64,000 nt of DNA from a candidate division WWE3 bacterium RAAC2_WWE3_1. GTDB lineage: Bacteria > Patescibacteriota > WWE3 > UBA101185 > UBA10185. Positions 51,401 through 59,183 of this stretch are shown here, piece after piece. Made by a program: the position numbers and the translations under genes. Numbering within the stretch: position 1 is the stretch's first letter; each line of letters starts with the position of its first letter. The notes beneath the pieces were generated by a model that was given only the letters and a program-made list of their open reading frames with translations, had not been told where the DNA came from and did not search any database. The stretch covers positions 657,680 to 721,679 of the forward strand of contig CP006914.1 in NCBI GenBank assembly GCA_000503835.1, given 5' to 3'.

Positions 51401-52300
51401 GGTGTAAAGGTTGTTTTCGTAAGCATTTCGGGCTGTTCCCTGCTGTGCTATAGTTGAACCCGCAGGGGGGTTAAAACAAAGGGCGCTTACGGTATCCTGA
51501 CTGCCGTATATTCTCTGGCAATCTTCGTGATAAAAAGCTCCTTTATCCGGAGTGACGTCCGGATCATTTAGCCATCTGTCGAACTCTCCGATTACGCTTC
51601 CCCGCACTTTATATCTCGAATCCGCGTTAGTTATTTTCAGGAAAAAATTAAATTCGAGCTCAGGTTTGTAGGCCTGACTAAAAGTACCCTCGTATGAGGG
51701 AAGAAGAGAAGTGTCTGCCGGATTAGTTCTCGTTATATCGCAGCTCAACTTGTTAAAACTTACCGGATTTAATTGGGGCGGGGGTGGTGCATAGCTTGAG
51801 GCACCTGTACAGCTTAAGGGGGTGTTCAACGTAAAACTTGCGTAAGAAGGTATTCTAAATAGCCCTGCTAATTTCCCCCCGCAGGCAAATGCGAGGTACC
51901 TTATTTGGTTGTTTCCGACTTTCCTCATTGTTATGTAGTAGTAACCATTTTCATCGGAGGAGGTTGAGGAGAAGATGTTTGTTAGAGCCCCGTCGCTTTT
52001 GCAGGTAGGGGAAGTGGGGTCGCATTCGTACATATAAACAGAAACCCCTTCAATAGGGGGATTTGGACTGGCCGTAGTGGCACCTCCGACATCTACTTCC
52101 TGTGGGGTGGCACTTCTTACTACTCCGCAAACTACACCGAGTCTTGGATCTTCAGTTTTACGGCACGTTGTTCCGGGTTCGAAAACATCTGAGGGATCTG
52201 TTAAGTCCGCAGCGTGTGTAGTTGTTTTTCCAATACCCGCCGCAAAAATGAACAGCAATAATGAAAAAATATATTTTCCGCTCAGAAATTTGTACCTCAT
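48488..52300 (-). CDS. giant (1270 aa) secreted Cys-rich surface protein
   Basis: Cleavable signal peptide (MRYKFLSGKYIFSLLLFIFAAGIGKTTTHA). More than 60 Cys distributed throughout. No TM after the signal peptide. Confidence 0.6.
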   Translation of the reverse strand: MRYKFLSGKYIFSLLLFIFAAGIGKTTTHAADLTDPSDVFEPGTTCRKTEDPRLGVVCGVVRSATPQEVDVGGATTASPNPPIEGVSVYMYECDPTSPTCKSDGALTNIFSSTSSDENGYYYITMRKVGNNQIRYLAFACGGKLAGLFRIPSYASFTLNTPLSCTGASSYAPPPPQLNPVSFNKLSCDITRTNPADTSLLPSYEGTFSQAYKPELEFNFFLKITNADSRYKVRGSVIGEFDRWLNDPDVTPDKGAFYHEDCQRIYGSQDTVSALCFNPPAGSTIAQQGTARNAYENNLYTNALFTRMNFLPNIPIKNSLLFFKDITARQDVVNYSQNPTAPAQLLHTIFSNCRGSVYLRERNDTTKDVLPECDELKSCNSASATVEGDYRNRQYSAGPARNLANPAILLSETEATLDDSIKGTYVCQKGGTKIKIGDIQPPWSYCTPGKAGCTFVLDKTYWNPEFSYFFGNKGTSTKVGYSFEGTNDTFYGAGVNQKTFTRNQEKGGVPVKGGTYYSDNNYALSRNNGLTPIMAGIATSELSKTSYSLSYVLQRPGETLEDKALYDQGTIKIEDAGSNLLSFCENSNVNNHNDVFLPQNEATVDMNNDFKGNQDHYFDTVELSPKGKRTATSTIFYTTAAKFREYAYENLTNEVTKRMDIYDSLLTSSHGSGSYNPITLFLTWIGAAINSGLGSDNKSYFDRTSTYNLDPGAGDLRDDIQVGFDLSEENFENVFGLPTTANLSSDQWGNSACYPWNEIGVGDSCYERWNAPAPSEITRTCKVENCVTVQEVETCTCQVVNGSVVKYGCAPSVKTEQCPTTGDTTLIQQCIEKNIDCMSGGTPDLSCMSQNYGYNLDANVTCPAESSDSYWGSLNTMPSSGCVVYNCPGEIGPREYCVGQENTSCAIKRVDESDKGHACNLQDAGPYTCAASVSKDSNFRSSQSTFREATPDVGLDSTKIINNEMWKKLSHPLTNKVYGNLAFMSANTSVSQDTTNVSENKNKDIMGFGGAAPEYKMISAHALYVNPYSGGDTLNYHCINSELGSSTGWLCPLNPVPIPEIIDPNVLAQSLVPACQLSTTQECTNNFGSGIGALSPTFRLIVDAAASIYQVPAASIITYLKVVHKPDIPLYQYLFSTAGEQALFEASFPWYGKVSQCDDTNTAAIGPYDWIKTWFDKVDISSELDALSAGRSAVASRCNFLDATFAAAKELSGSGCANLTWPQASESIKDLAFGGNRVGAYADTELAGYWTEKGILWSSCYAGGSATQLPN

Positions 52301-52354
52301 AAAGTCCCCTAAATTATACCATCAACCGTTTCGAAAACCTGTTAAAATGGACCT

Positions 52355-52840
52355 ATGGGAGCCCATATTTTAGCTAAAAAAGATTACGTTCTGGCAAAGA
52401 ATAAAAAAGCCTTGCACAATTTTGCGGTCCTCGAGACTTATGTTGCAGGATTGGAATTAAAAGGCTATGAAGTCAAAGCAATCCGTGAGGGAAAAGTAAG
52501 TTTTGAGGGCTCTTATGTAGAAGGTGAGGACGGCGAGCTTTATGTAGTCAATTTATACATCGGCCGCTACTCTAAACAATCCAAAAACTTTGTCGAGGAG
52601 GATGCTAAGAGGAATAGAAGACTGCTTCTTAACAAAAATGAGGTATTAGGGGTCCTCCGTGACATTTCAGAAAAAGGGAAAACGGCCGTTCCTTTAGCTT
52701 TGGTTCTTAGGAACGGACGCATAAAGCTGGAAATTGCGGTTGCCAAGGGTAAGGGGGAATTTGAAAAAAAGGTAGTTACAAAAGAACGGCAGCTACAGCT
52801 CGACTTGGCGCGGGAAGCGAAAGAAATAATGTCCCGTTAA
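52355..52840 (+). CDS. smpB: SsrA-binding protein SmpB
   Basis: KKALHNFAVLETYVAGLELKGYEVKAIREGKVSFEGSYV matches the SmpB core. A tmRNA gene follows immediately. Confidence 0.85.
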   Translation: MGAHILAKKDYVLAKNKKALHNFAVLETYVAGLELKGYEVKAIREGKVSFEGSYVEGEDGELYVVNLYIGRYSKQSKNFVEEDAKRNRRLLLNKNEVLGVLRDISEKGKTAVPLALVLRNGRIKLEIAVAKGKGEFEKKVVTKERQLQLDLAREAKEIMSR

Positions 52841-52884
52841 CCGCATGGAATGACGACCTATAGTTATAATTAATCCTATTTTCG

Positions 52885-52893
52885 TGGTAAAAT
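52885..52893 (+). promoter_or_regulatory. extended -10 element (TGGTAAAAT) upstream of the tmRNA
   Basis: TGn-TAAAAT located 18 nt upstream of the predicted tmRNA 5' end. Confidence 0.35.
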
Positions 52894-52911
52894 ACGCGTG
52901 TACTTTAACAA

Positions 52912-53300
52912 GGGGATGCACAGGATTTGATTGAGTCCGATTTCGTGCAGTCGCAAGCAGGGGAGCTGAACCCTTATATTTAGCAAAACCATAAATGCCG
53001 ATAAAGACGCATTTGTAGGCGTACCAGCAATGGCCGCCGTAGCAGCTTAATTTATTAACGCTGCGGATCCCGTTTCTTTTGCCCGGAAGGGTTTACGGGG
53101 TCTAATAAATCCGGGAAGAGGTCATATCAGCAATAGCCCTGTTGATACACCGGGGATGAAAAATCCAAAGATCTTAGCTTGCGGTAGGGCAGAAAAGGTT
53201 CTTCAAGCACCCGGCTCTATCTAAGATAAGCTTGGATAAGTTTGTAGAAGCTGCATGAGAAGTTCTCAAGACGGGGGTTCGATTCCCCCCATCTCCACCA
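52912..53300 (+). ncRNA. ssrA: transfer-messenger RNA (tmRNA, SsrA)
   Basis: 5' GGGGATG pairs with 3' CATCTCC(A)CCA (G3-U wobble). Canonical T-arm GGGGGTTCGATTCCCCC. Internal tag ORF ending ...GCA GCT TAA (AMAAVAA*) at 52997-53050. Confidence 0.8.
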
Positions 53301-53465
53301 TGAAATTTTGAAAAGCAACAAGTATATTCGGGTATGCTTCGTATGTCGAAATCCGTTTGTGTTGCCTGGTACATAAGTCATAGGCTGTTATAAAAGCCAA
53401 AAGTCCTCCTATACACTATAATGCTGTATTTTCTCTGCATCACGATGTATCATAATCATTGCATT

Positions 53466-54953
53466 ATGATGCAGATAGAGTTAGATAACATTTTAGATAC
53501 TGTAAAGAAGCTAAACCCGTGGTTTAAGACTGCGGAAGTCCCTTCTAAATTCTTAAAACCATATGTTCGAGAAGAGTTGAGCATCCTAAAGGATACAATG
53601 CAAAACAATGAGCTAGCCACGCTTCTTATTGGTGGCAGAAGAGTTGGAAAAAGCGTGTTGATGTATCAACTTATTGATTCTTTAATTAGGTCGGGGGTAG
53701 ATCCTAAGAAAATACTTTTTGTCCAAGGCGATAACACCATTTTGAGAGAAAACATTTTGGATAAAAATATTTTAAGTGCGGTCATAAAGACTTATGAGAA
53801 GTATATTCTTGATGATGACTTATCTTCTGTTGAAGACACAGTCTATATTTTTCTTGACGAAGCACAGGCACTGCCTAATTGGGATGCCGAGGTTAAAAAT
53901 CACATAGACTTGAAGTACCCAATAAAATTTCTTATTTCTGGTTCCTCCAGTACTAAATTGAGGCAAGGAATTCAGAATCCATTAGTAGGTAGGGTTCACG
54001 TTACAATTTTGTCCCCTTTCAGTTTCCGTGACTTTATTGGATATGAGTCTAGTACCAATGCACTCGATATCCCTTTAAGGGAAATAGACGAGTTGCGAGA
54101 TGAATTCCATGAGTTACTTAAAGCACCGAATATGATTAAGATACAGGAAATTGTAAATAACTTAACACACGTTAAAAACTCATCAGCGTTAGTAAATTTG
54201 TTTAAAGATTATGCTTTATACGGTGGGTTTCCTTATGTAGTTGAGAATAAGGATAAAGAGGATGTTAATAAATACTTACGCGATATATTGCAAATGACTT
54301 TTTCAAAAGATGTTTTGCAGGAAGAGCAAATAAGGGAACCTTTAGCGTTTGAAAGGTTGATGGTAAATATATGTATGAATATAAGTGGTGTATTTAAGTT
54401 AAACTCACTTGCTGAAAAGATTGGTCTTAAAGATGAGAGGACGGTTAGAAGATACATAGATTACTATGTGGACTCACATTATGCTTTTGTCAGCTTGCCT
54501 TTTTCGTTTACAAATAAGCAGGAAACTATAAAGTCAAACAAAAAGATCTACTCTATAGATTCAGGTGTAGTCAATACTCTCTTGTTTAAAAACCAAAAGG
54601 ATTTAGAGAAGGATACAGCGTACATGGGTGTAATAGCTGAGAATATAGTTCATAACGCATTGTTAAGATTTAAACAATGCGCAAGTGGAAATATATATGA
54701 TAGCATTCCTCATTGGAATAATACAAAAACACATCGAGAGATAGATTTTGTTTTTGAAACAGACGGTCAGATTTATCCCGTTGAAGTTAAAAATAAGGAT
54801 ACAATCCGAGAGGAAGAGTTGTTAGAACTGGACTCGTTTTTAACAAGAAAAGAGCTGTCGGGAGTTGGTTTTGTAGTTACCAGTTCATTATTTGAGAAAC
54901 GTGGTACTAATATGTTATTAGTTCCCACACCCATTTTTTCCTTACTCCTGTAA
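53466..54953 (+). CDS. AAA+ ATPase with DUF4143-type C-terminal domain
   Basis: Walker A LLIGGRRVGKSVLM, Walker B IFLDEAQ. Architecture common to the archaeal-ATPase/DUF4143 family. Visibly AT-richer than its neighbours. Confidence 0.7.
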   Translation: MMQIELDNILDTVKKLNPWFKTAEVPSKFLKPYVREELSILKDTMQNNELATLLIGGRRVGKSVLMYQLIDSLIRSGVDPKKILFVQGDNTILRENILDKNILSAVIKTYEKYILDDDLSSVEDTVYIFLDEAQALPNWDAEVKNHIDLKYPIKFLISGSSSTKLRQGIQNPLVGRVHVTILSPFSFRDFIGYESSTNALDIPLREIDELRDEFHELLKAPNMIKIQEIVNNLTHVKNSSALVNLFKDYALYGGFPYVVENKDKEDVNKYLRDILQMTFSKDVLQEEQIREPLAFERLMVNICMNISGVFKLNSLAEKIGLKDERTVRRYIDYYVDSHYAFVSLPFSFTNKQETIKSNKKIYSIDSGVVNTLLFKNQKDLEKDTAYMGVIAENIVHNALLRFKQCASGNIYDSIPHWNNTKTHREIDFVFETDGQIYPVEVKNKDTIREEELLELDSFLTRKELSGVGFVVTSSLFEKRGTNMLLVPTPIFSLLL

Positions 54954-55378
54954 CTACATGTACCTAATTCTAATATATGGTTTTGCAGGAAGCTGCTTAA
55001 CAAGTTACGATTATGCGGCTAGATAAGCTAGTGTCCCATTTTAATACTCATTCTAAGGTTGGGCTCTAGCAGTATAGTTAATGCTGTCTTAAAAAATTTA
55101 ATCCCGTTTGTAGAGGGGCATATTTTTTCTCCGTAAAAAAAACAGAGCCTTCCGGCCCCGCTTTTATATCCGTCTCTCTTTTCTTATTTATCGCAAACCG
55201 AAATGTTACCAGACATTTCATCAGGATGTCTACAAAATTCTAATTTGGTTAGAGGGCTGCTCCTTTTAACAGGTGCCTCCAAGCGTATTATTACTACAGG
55301 ACACCAACTGTCCCATACTATGAGTCCCCATGTATTTAATCCTTGTAATAACAATATAAAATGCGTTGTGGATAACCT

Positions 55379-56107
55379 ATGGAGAACTTACTAAAATATT
55401 TATTTCCGCCCAAATGTGTGTTTTGCGGTAGCGAGGGAGAGATTTTTTGCGGCACGTGCCTGGCTGAATGTTCGTTACTTCCTACACAGTATTGTTTACT
55501 CTGCGACTTACCCTCAGAAAGCGGTTATACCCACAAGCATTGCGCGGAAAAGGCTAAAGTTCCGGTGCCCTCGCGCCTTTTATGCGTGTACAGCTACTCG
55601 GGAAAAGTTAGAGATTGCATAAAATTTTCCAAATATGGAGCAAAACAGTTTTTGAGCTTACGCCAGTTATGCAGAGAGGCCGCCGGTGTTTACGATGAAA
55701 TGTGGGGCGTCCCTACAACGGATTTATGCCTGCCGATTCCTTCCAGTCCTAAGAAACTTGCGTCCCGCGGTTTTAATCAGGCAAATATGATAGCGGAGGA
55801 ATTTTCCAAGAAATTTCATTTGTCCCTGAACAAAAATTTGTTAATTAGAGTGAGAAATACCGAAGCGCAGCACACGCAGGATAGAGAAGGCAGGCGAGAG
55901 AATGTAAGAGGATCGTTTGCCGTAACTAACCCATCTGAAATAAAAGAAAAAAAGATTCTACTCGTGGATGACATAAGTACGACCGGCGCCACCTTTATAG
56001 AATCAACTAAAGTTTTATACGCGGCGGGAGCGGCGGAAGTTCAGTGTCTCGCCCTAAGTAAACGCGAAAAAGTTTGCTATAATGGTGCGGCATATAACCC
56101 CGCTTAA
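55379..56107 (+). CDS. comF: ComF-family protein (double zinc ribbon plus phosphoribosyltransferase domain)
   Basis: N-terminal CVFCG...CGTC and CLLC...HKHC zinc ribbons. PRTase motif ILLVDDISTTGATF. Confidence 0.75.
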   Translation: MENLLKYLFPPKCVFCGSEGEIFCGTCLAECSLLPTQYCLLCDLPSESGYTHKHCAEKAKVPVPSRLLCVYSYSGKVRDCIKFSKYGAKQFLSLRQLCREAAGVYDEMWGVPTTDLCLPIPSSPKKLASRGFNQANMIAEEFSKKFHLSLNKNLLIRVRNTEAQHTQDREGRRENVRGSFAVTNPSEIKEKKILLVDDISTTGATFIESTKVLYAAGAAEVQCLALSKREKVCYNGAAYNPA

Positions 56108-56126
56108 TGTGGCCGTATATATCCCT

Positions 56127-56214
56127 GGAGGGTTGGCAGAGCGGTAATGCAGCGGCTTGCTAAGCCGTGACGGTTAATTGCCGTCCACAGGTTCGAATCC
56201 TGTACCCTCCGCCA
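56127..56214 (+). tRNA. tRNA-Ser (anticodon GCT)
   Basis: Acceptor GGAGGGT/ACCCTCC, anticodon loop TTGCTAA, long variable arm GACGGTTAATTGCCGTC, T-arm ACAGGTTCGAATCCTGT, G73, CCA encoded. Confidence 0.85.
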
Positions 56215-56231
56215 AGAAACAACAACTTATA

Positions 56232-57320
56232 ATGACTGCTAAGCGACACAGAACAAAGATCGGAATAATACTGGGAACCCGCCCCGAAATAATAAAGTTA
56301 TCATCTATAATTCAAATATGCCGGGAAGAGAAGGCAAACTTTTTTATTCTTCACACTAACCAACACTACTCGGAAAACATGGACAAGATTTTTTTTAAAG
56401 ACCTGGAGTTACCCGAACCCAAATACAACCTTAATGTTCAGGAGAGGCTTCACGGGAAAATGATAGGCAGAATGATCGTCGGAATCGAAGAGGTACTTAT
56501 TAAAGAGAAACCGGATTGGATTTTAGTTCAGGGAGACACTAATACGGTTTTGTCAGGGGCGTTGGCCTCCTCGAAATTAAATGTAAGGATAGGCCACGTT
56601 GAATCGGGACTGCGAAGCTACGACCGCACCATGCCCGAGGAGATAAACAGGATCGTGGCCGACCACATCTCGGATGCATTGTTTTGTCCCACGGAAAAAC
56701 AGGCAAACATAGCCCGGGGCGAAGGAATATCGGCGTCGAAGATATTTGTCACGGGAAACACCGTTGTGGACGCCGTGTATAGGGGTAAAAAAATACTGAG
56801 AAAAGGTCGTCTAGCCGATAAATACAAAAGCGAACGTTTCGCTCTCTTAACGCTTCACCGTCCGTCAAACGTAGATGACCGCGGAACACTTTACCGTATT
56901 CTTGAAGCAGTTCATTCCGCAGCCGTCGAAAACAACCTAACGGTTTATTTTCCCGTACACCCGCGGACCATGAAAAACTTGGAAACATTTAATATTAATC
57001 TTGACCCGAGCACCTTTAAGCTGATTGAGCCCGTTGGGTTTTTGGAAATGCTGACGCTGGAGCAATCGGCAAAAGTAATTCTGACCGATTCCGGAGGAGT
57101 GCAGGAAGAGGCTTGTATATTAGGTATTCCCTGTGTAACTATCAGGGATAATACCGAACGACCCGAAACTATTGAGGTCGGAGCGAACGTATTGGTCGGG
57201 AGTGACCCTAAAAAGATCCGAAAAGGAATAACAGACTCTTTGTTGCAGAAACGACATTGGAAAAACCCCTTCGGTGATGGTCTTGCGGGGAAGAGGATAT
57301 TTAAGCACATTACGAAATAA
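56232..57320 (+). CDS. wecB: UDP-N-acetylglucosamine 2-epimerase (non-hydrolysing)
   Basis: KIGIILGTRPEIIKLSSII, VQGDTNTVLSGALAS, HVESGLRSYDRTMPEE, CPTEKQANI are all hallmark WecB/MnaA motifs. Confidence 0.85.
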   Translation: MTAKRHRTKIGIILGTRPEIIKLSSIIQICREEKANFFILHTNQHYSENMDKIFFKDLELPEPKYNLNVQERLHGKMIGRMIVGIEEVLIKEKPDWILVQGDTNTVLSGALASSKLNVRIGHVESGLRSYDRTMPEEINRIVADHISDALFCPTEKQANIARGEGISASKIFVTGNTVVDAVYRGKKILRKGRLADKYKSERFALLTLHRPSNVDDRGTLYRILEAVHSAAVENNLTVYFPVHPRTMKNLETFNINLDPSTFKLIEPVGFLEMLTLEQSAKVILTDSGGVQEEACILGIPCVTIRDNTERPETIEVGANVLVGSDPKKIRKGITDSLLQKRHWKNPFGDGLAGKRIFKHITK

Positions 57321-57392
57321 TTCCGGAGCGGAAAACTCTAAGTATGTTTCGCATTTATTGCGTTCTATCGGTAAAAAAACTATTATTGGACT

Positions 57393-57974
57393 ATGCAAAT
57401 ACCATACTCAAAGATTTTGAACTTTGTAGGTTTGACCAACCAAAAACCGTCCGATAATAAACGACCTGATGGTTTTGACCCCCAAACTCTTGCACCGAAA
57501 GAAATATACGTTGAATGGGAGTCGGTAGTTAAGGCTGAGGTCAAAGAGATGAACAAAAGATTCTCAAGGACCTTTATTATTATAGCTGTTGTTATCGCAC
57601 TTTTGCTCGTGGTAATGAAGGAGTTCGGGTTGATCTTTGTTGTGGCGAGTTTGATTTTTTTCCTGGTGTCGCTTAACAGGCTGCCCGAGCACTCTGTTCA
57701 TGTGGAAGCATCGAGCCACGGAATTAAGTACGGTGACTCCATGTATTATTGGCACGACCTCAGGCAATTCTTTTTTAAACAAATCGCAGGGGCGGAGATT
57801 ATGATTGTAGATACCTACACCTACCTTCCCGGGCGTTTATTTTTTAGTTTCAATCCCGCCGACAAGGCTAAAATAAAAGAGTCGTTGGATAAGCACATAA
57901 CTTATCTTTCAGTGGAGCCGATGTCCTTTCTCGATAAGCTTTTCGAGAACGTCAAAAGCAAATTTAATATATAA
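57393..57974 (+). CDS. hypothetical membrane protein
   Basis: 193 aa. Two TM helices in the middle (FIIIAVVIALLLVVM / VVASLIFFLVSL). Confidence 0.4.
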   Translation: MQIPYSKILNFVGLTNQKPSDNKRPDGFDPQTLAPKEIYVEWESVVKAEVKEMNKRFSRTFIIIAVVIALLLVVMKEFGLIFVVASLIFFLVSLNRLPEHSVHVEASSHGIKYGDSMYYWHDLRQFFFKQIAGAEIMIVDTYTYLPGRLFFSFNPADKAKIKESLDKHITYLSVEPMSFLDKLFENVKSKFNI

Positions 57975-57989
57975 TCACCCTGTAAATAG

Positions 57990-58065
57990 GCACCCGTAGT
58001 TCAGAGGATAGAACGCAGCGTTGCGGACGCTGAAGTCGGGGGTTCGAGTCCCTCCGGGTGCGCCA
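57990..58065 (+). tRNA. tRNA-Arg (anticodon GCG)
   Basis: Acceptor GCACCCG/CGGGTGC, D-arm GTTC..GAAC, anticodon stem CAGCG/CGCTG with loop TTGCGGA, T-arm GGGGGTTCGAGTCCCTC, CCA encoded. Confidence 0.8.
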
Positions 58066-58222
58066 TGAAATTTCGTAAGTACCCAAAGGATGCTTACGAA
58101 ATTTTATTGTTGTACTTGAAGACTCGAATGGCGCAGGCACGGCGGTGCCGAGCCGGGGCCGGGCGGATTGCCAGCAGGCGAGAACGCGTGGCCGAGTCCC
58201 TCCGGGTGCGCCATGGAATTTC
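58046..58222. repeat. 29-bp direct repeat of the tRNA-Arg 3' end (28/29 identical), copies at 58046-58074 and 58194-58222
   Basis: GAGTCCCTCCGGGTGCGCCATGAAATTTC versus GAGTCCCTCCGGGTGCGCCATGGAATTTC. att-site-like duplication flanking about 120 bp. Confidence 0.8.
58068..58108 (+). terminator. intrinsic terminator-like hairpin after tRNA-Arg
   Basis: Perfect 12-bp inverted repeat AAATTTCGTAAG / CTTACGAAATTT with 13-nt loop, followed by a TTTTATTGTTG tract. Confidence 0.5.
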
Positions 58223-58241
58223 AGCATGCTACTATAGAGGT

Positions 58242-59057
58242 ATGAAGCATATTCTTTATCATGAGAACAATCTAAAGCACCCGTATGCTCCTCAGGAAGA
58301 TTCCTATCTCCATTCTACAAAAGAAGGTATTTTTGTAGTTGCAGATGGTGTAACGCACGACCCCACAGACCCAACTCTATATCCAATGCCTTCAGATTCT
58401 TATGAGGTTGCACGAATTGTATGTAATGAAGTAATTAAATACCTTGAAGGAAAAGAATTTACAACCGACTCAATAAAGTCGGCTTATTCGGAAGCAAACA
58501 AAAAAGTTGCCGAATATAATTTACATTCTCCTTTATATGCAGAAAGAAAAAATAATGGATTTACTATTGGAGCAGCTGCTGCATCGGTAGTTTGGATAAA
58601 AGAAAATAAACTACTTTATGGAGTTTTAGATGATTGTTTTATTTCTGTATTTGGAGACGATCTTGTTGACCACCCGATGTTGAAATCCTACGTTGAGATG
58701 TCGGCTAAATACCTCGATGGTAATTTTGATTGGGGAAAAATAGGAACCAGAAGACATTGGCGGGAGAATATCAGAAATCACAAAGTAGTTATTGAAGGTA
58801 AGGAGTATGGTTATGGTGTCATTGATGGTAGGGAAGGTTTTGACCAATATCTCCAAACAGGTGAGGTAGCCCTCAACAAAGGAGATTTAGTTTGTGTTTA
58901 TACTGACGGGTTTATTAAAATGTTTCAAGACAGGGAATTCGCCAAAGAGTTGAAGGAAAAGCCGTTTACAGCTGAAACATATAAATTTATCTCTGAAACA
59001 GCAATAAAACTGGAACAATATAAAGAAAAGACCGGTTACTTTATAAAAAATGATTAA
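58242..59057 (+). CDS. hypothetical protein (weak PP2C/SpoIIE-like features)
   Basis: Start chosen at MKHILYHE, downstream of the second repeat copy. GIFVVADGVTHD and GVLDDCFISVFGDD segments are loosely phosphatase-like. Confidence 0.4.
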   Translation: MKHILYHENNLKHPYAPQEDSYLHSTKEGIFVVADGVTHDPTDPTLYPMPSDSYEVARIVCNEVIKYLEGKEFTTDSIKSAYSEANKKVAEYNLHSPLYAERKNNGFTIGAAAASVVWIKENKLLYGVLDDCFISVFGDDLVDHPMLKSYVEMSAKYLDGNFDWGKIGTRRHWRENIRNHKVVIEGKEYGYGVIDGREGFDQYLQTGEVALNKGDLVCVYTDGFIKMFQDREFAKELKEKPFTAETYKFISETAIKLEQYKEKTGYFIKND

Positions 59058-59183
59058 CACACCGAGCTTTTGTGTAGAGATTTAATTTCTGAACTGATGT
59101 GCTGCGGTGCGTTAGAAATTTCGGGGGTATTTCCAACGCTGTTTATTCCCAAACCAACCCAATTGCCTTAAACTAATAAATAC

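Noticed and set aside
53174-53374. 66-aa minus-strand ORF
   Set aside because: Lies entirely within the tmRNA gene (T-arm/acceptor region). It is an artefact of the structured RNA.
55367-55375. Perfect DnaA-box 9-mer TGTGGATAA immediately upstream of comF
   Set aside because: It is a single isolated 9-mer, far from the dnaA-proximal cluster. Its occurrence is consistent with chance in 64 kb on two strands.
56178-56231. 5' extension of the wecB ORF in the six-frame track
   Set aside because: The extension overlaps tRNA-Ser(GCT). The conserved WecB N-terminus begins at the internal Met (56232).
58075-58193. Possibility that the GC-rich 120-bp segment between the two tRNA-Arg 3'-end copies is a second (pseudo)tRNA
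   Set aside because: No acceptable D-arm/anticodon-arm fold could be drawn by eye. Only the terminal about 29 nt match the tRNA, so it is treated as an att-like duplication rather than a tandem tRNA.
57964-58227. 87-aa minus-strand ORF
   Set aside because: Antisense to tRNA-Arg and its duplicated 3' end, so not coding.
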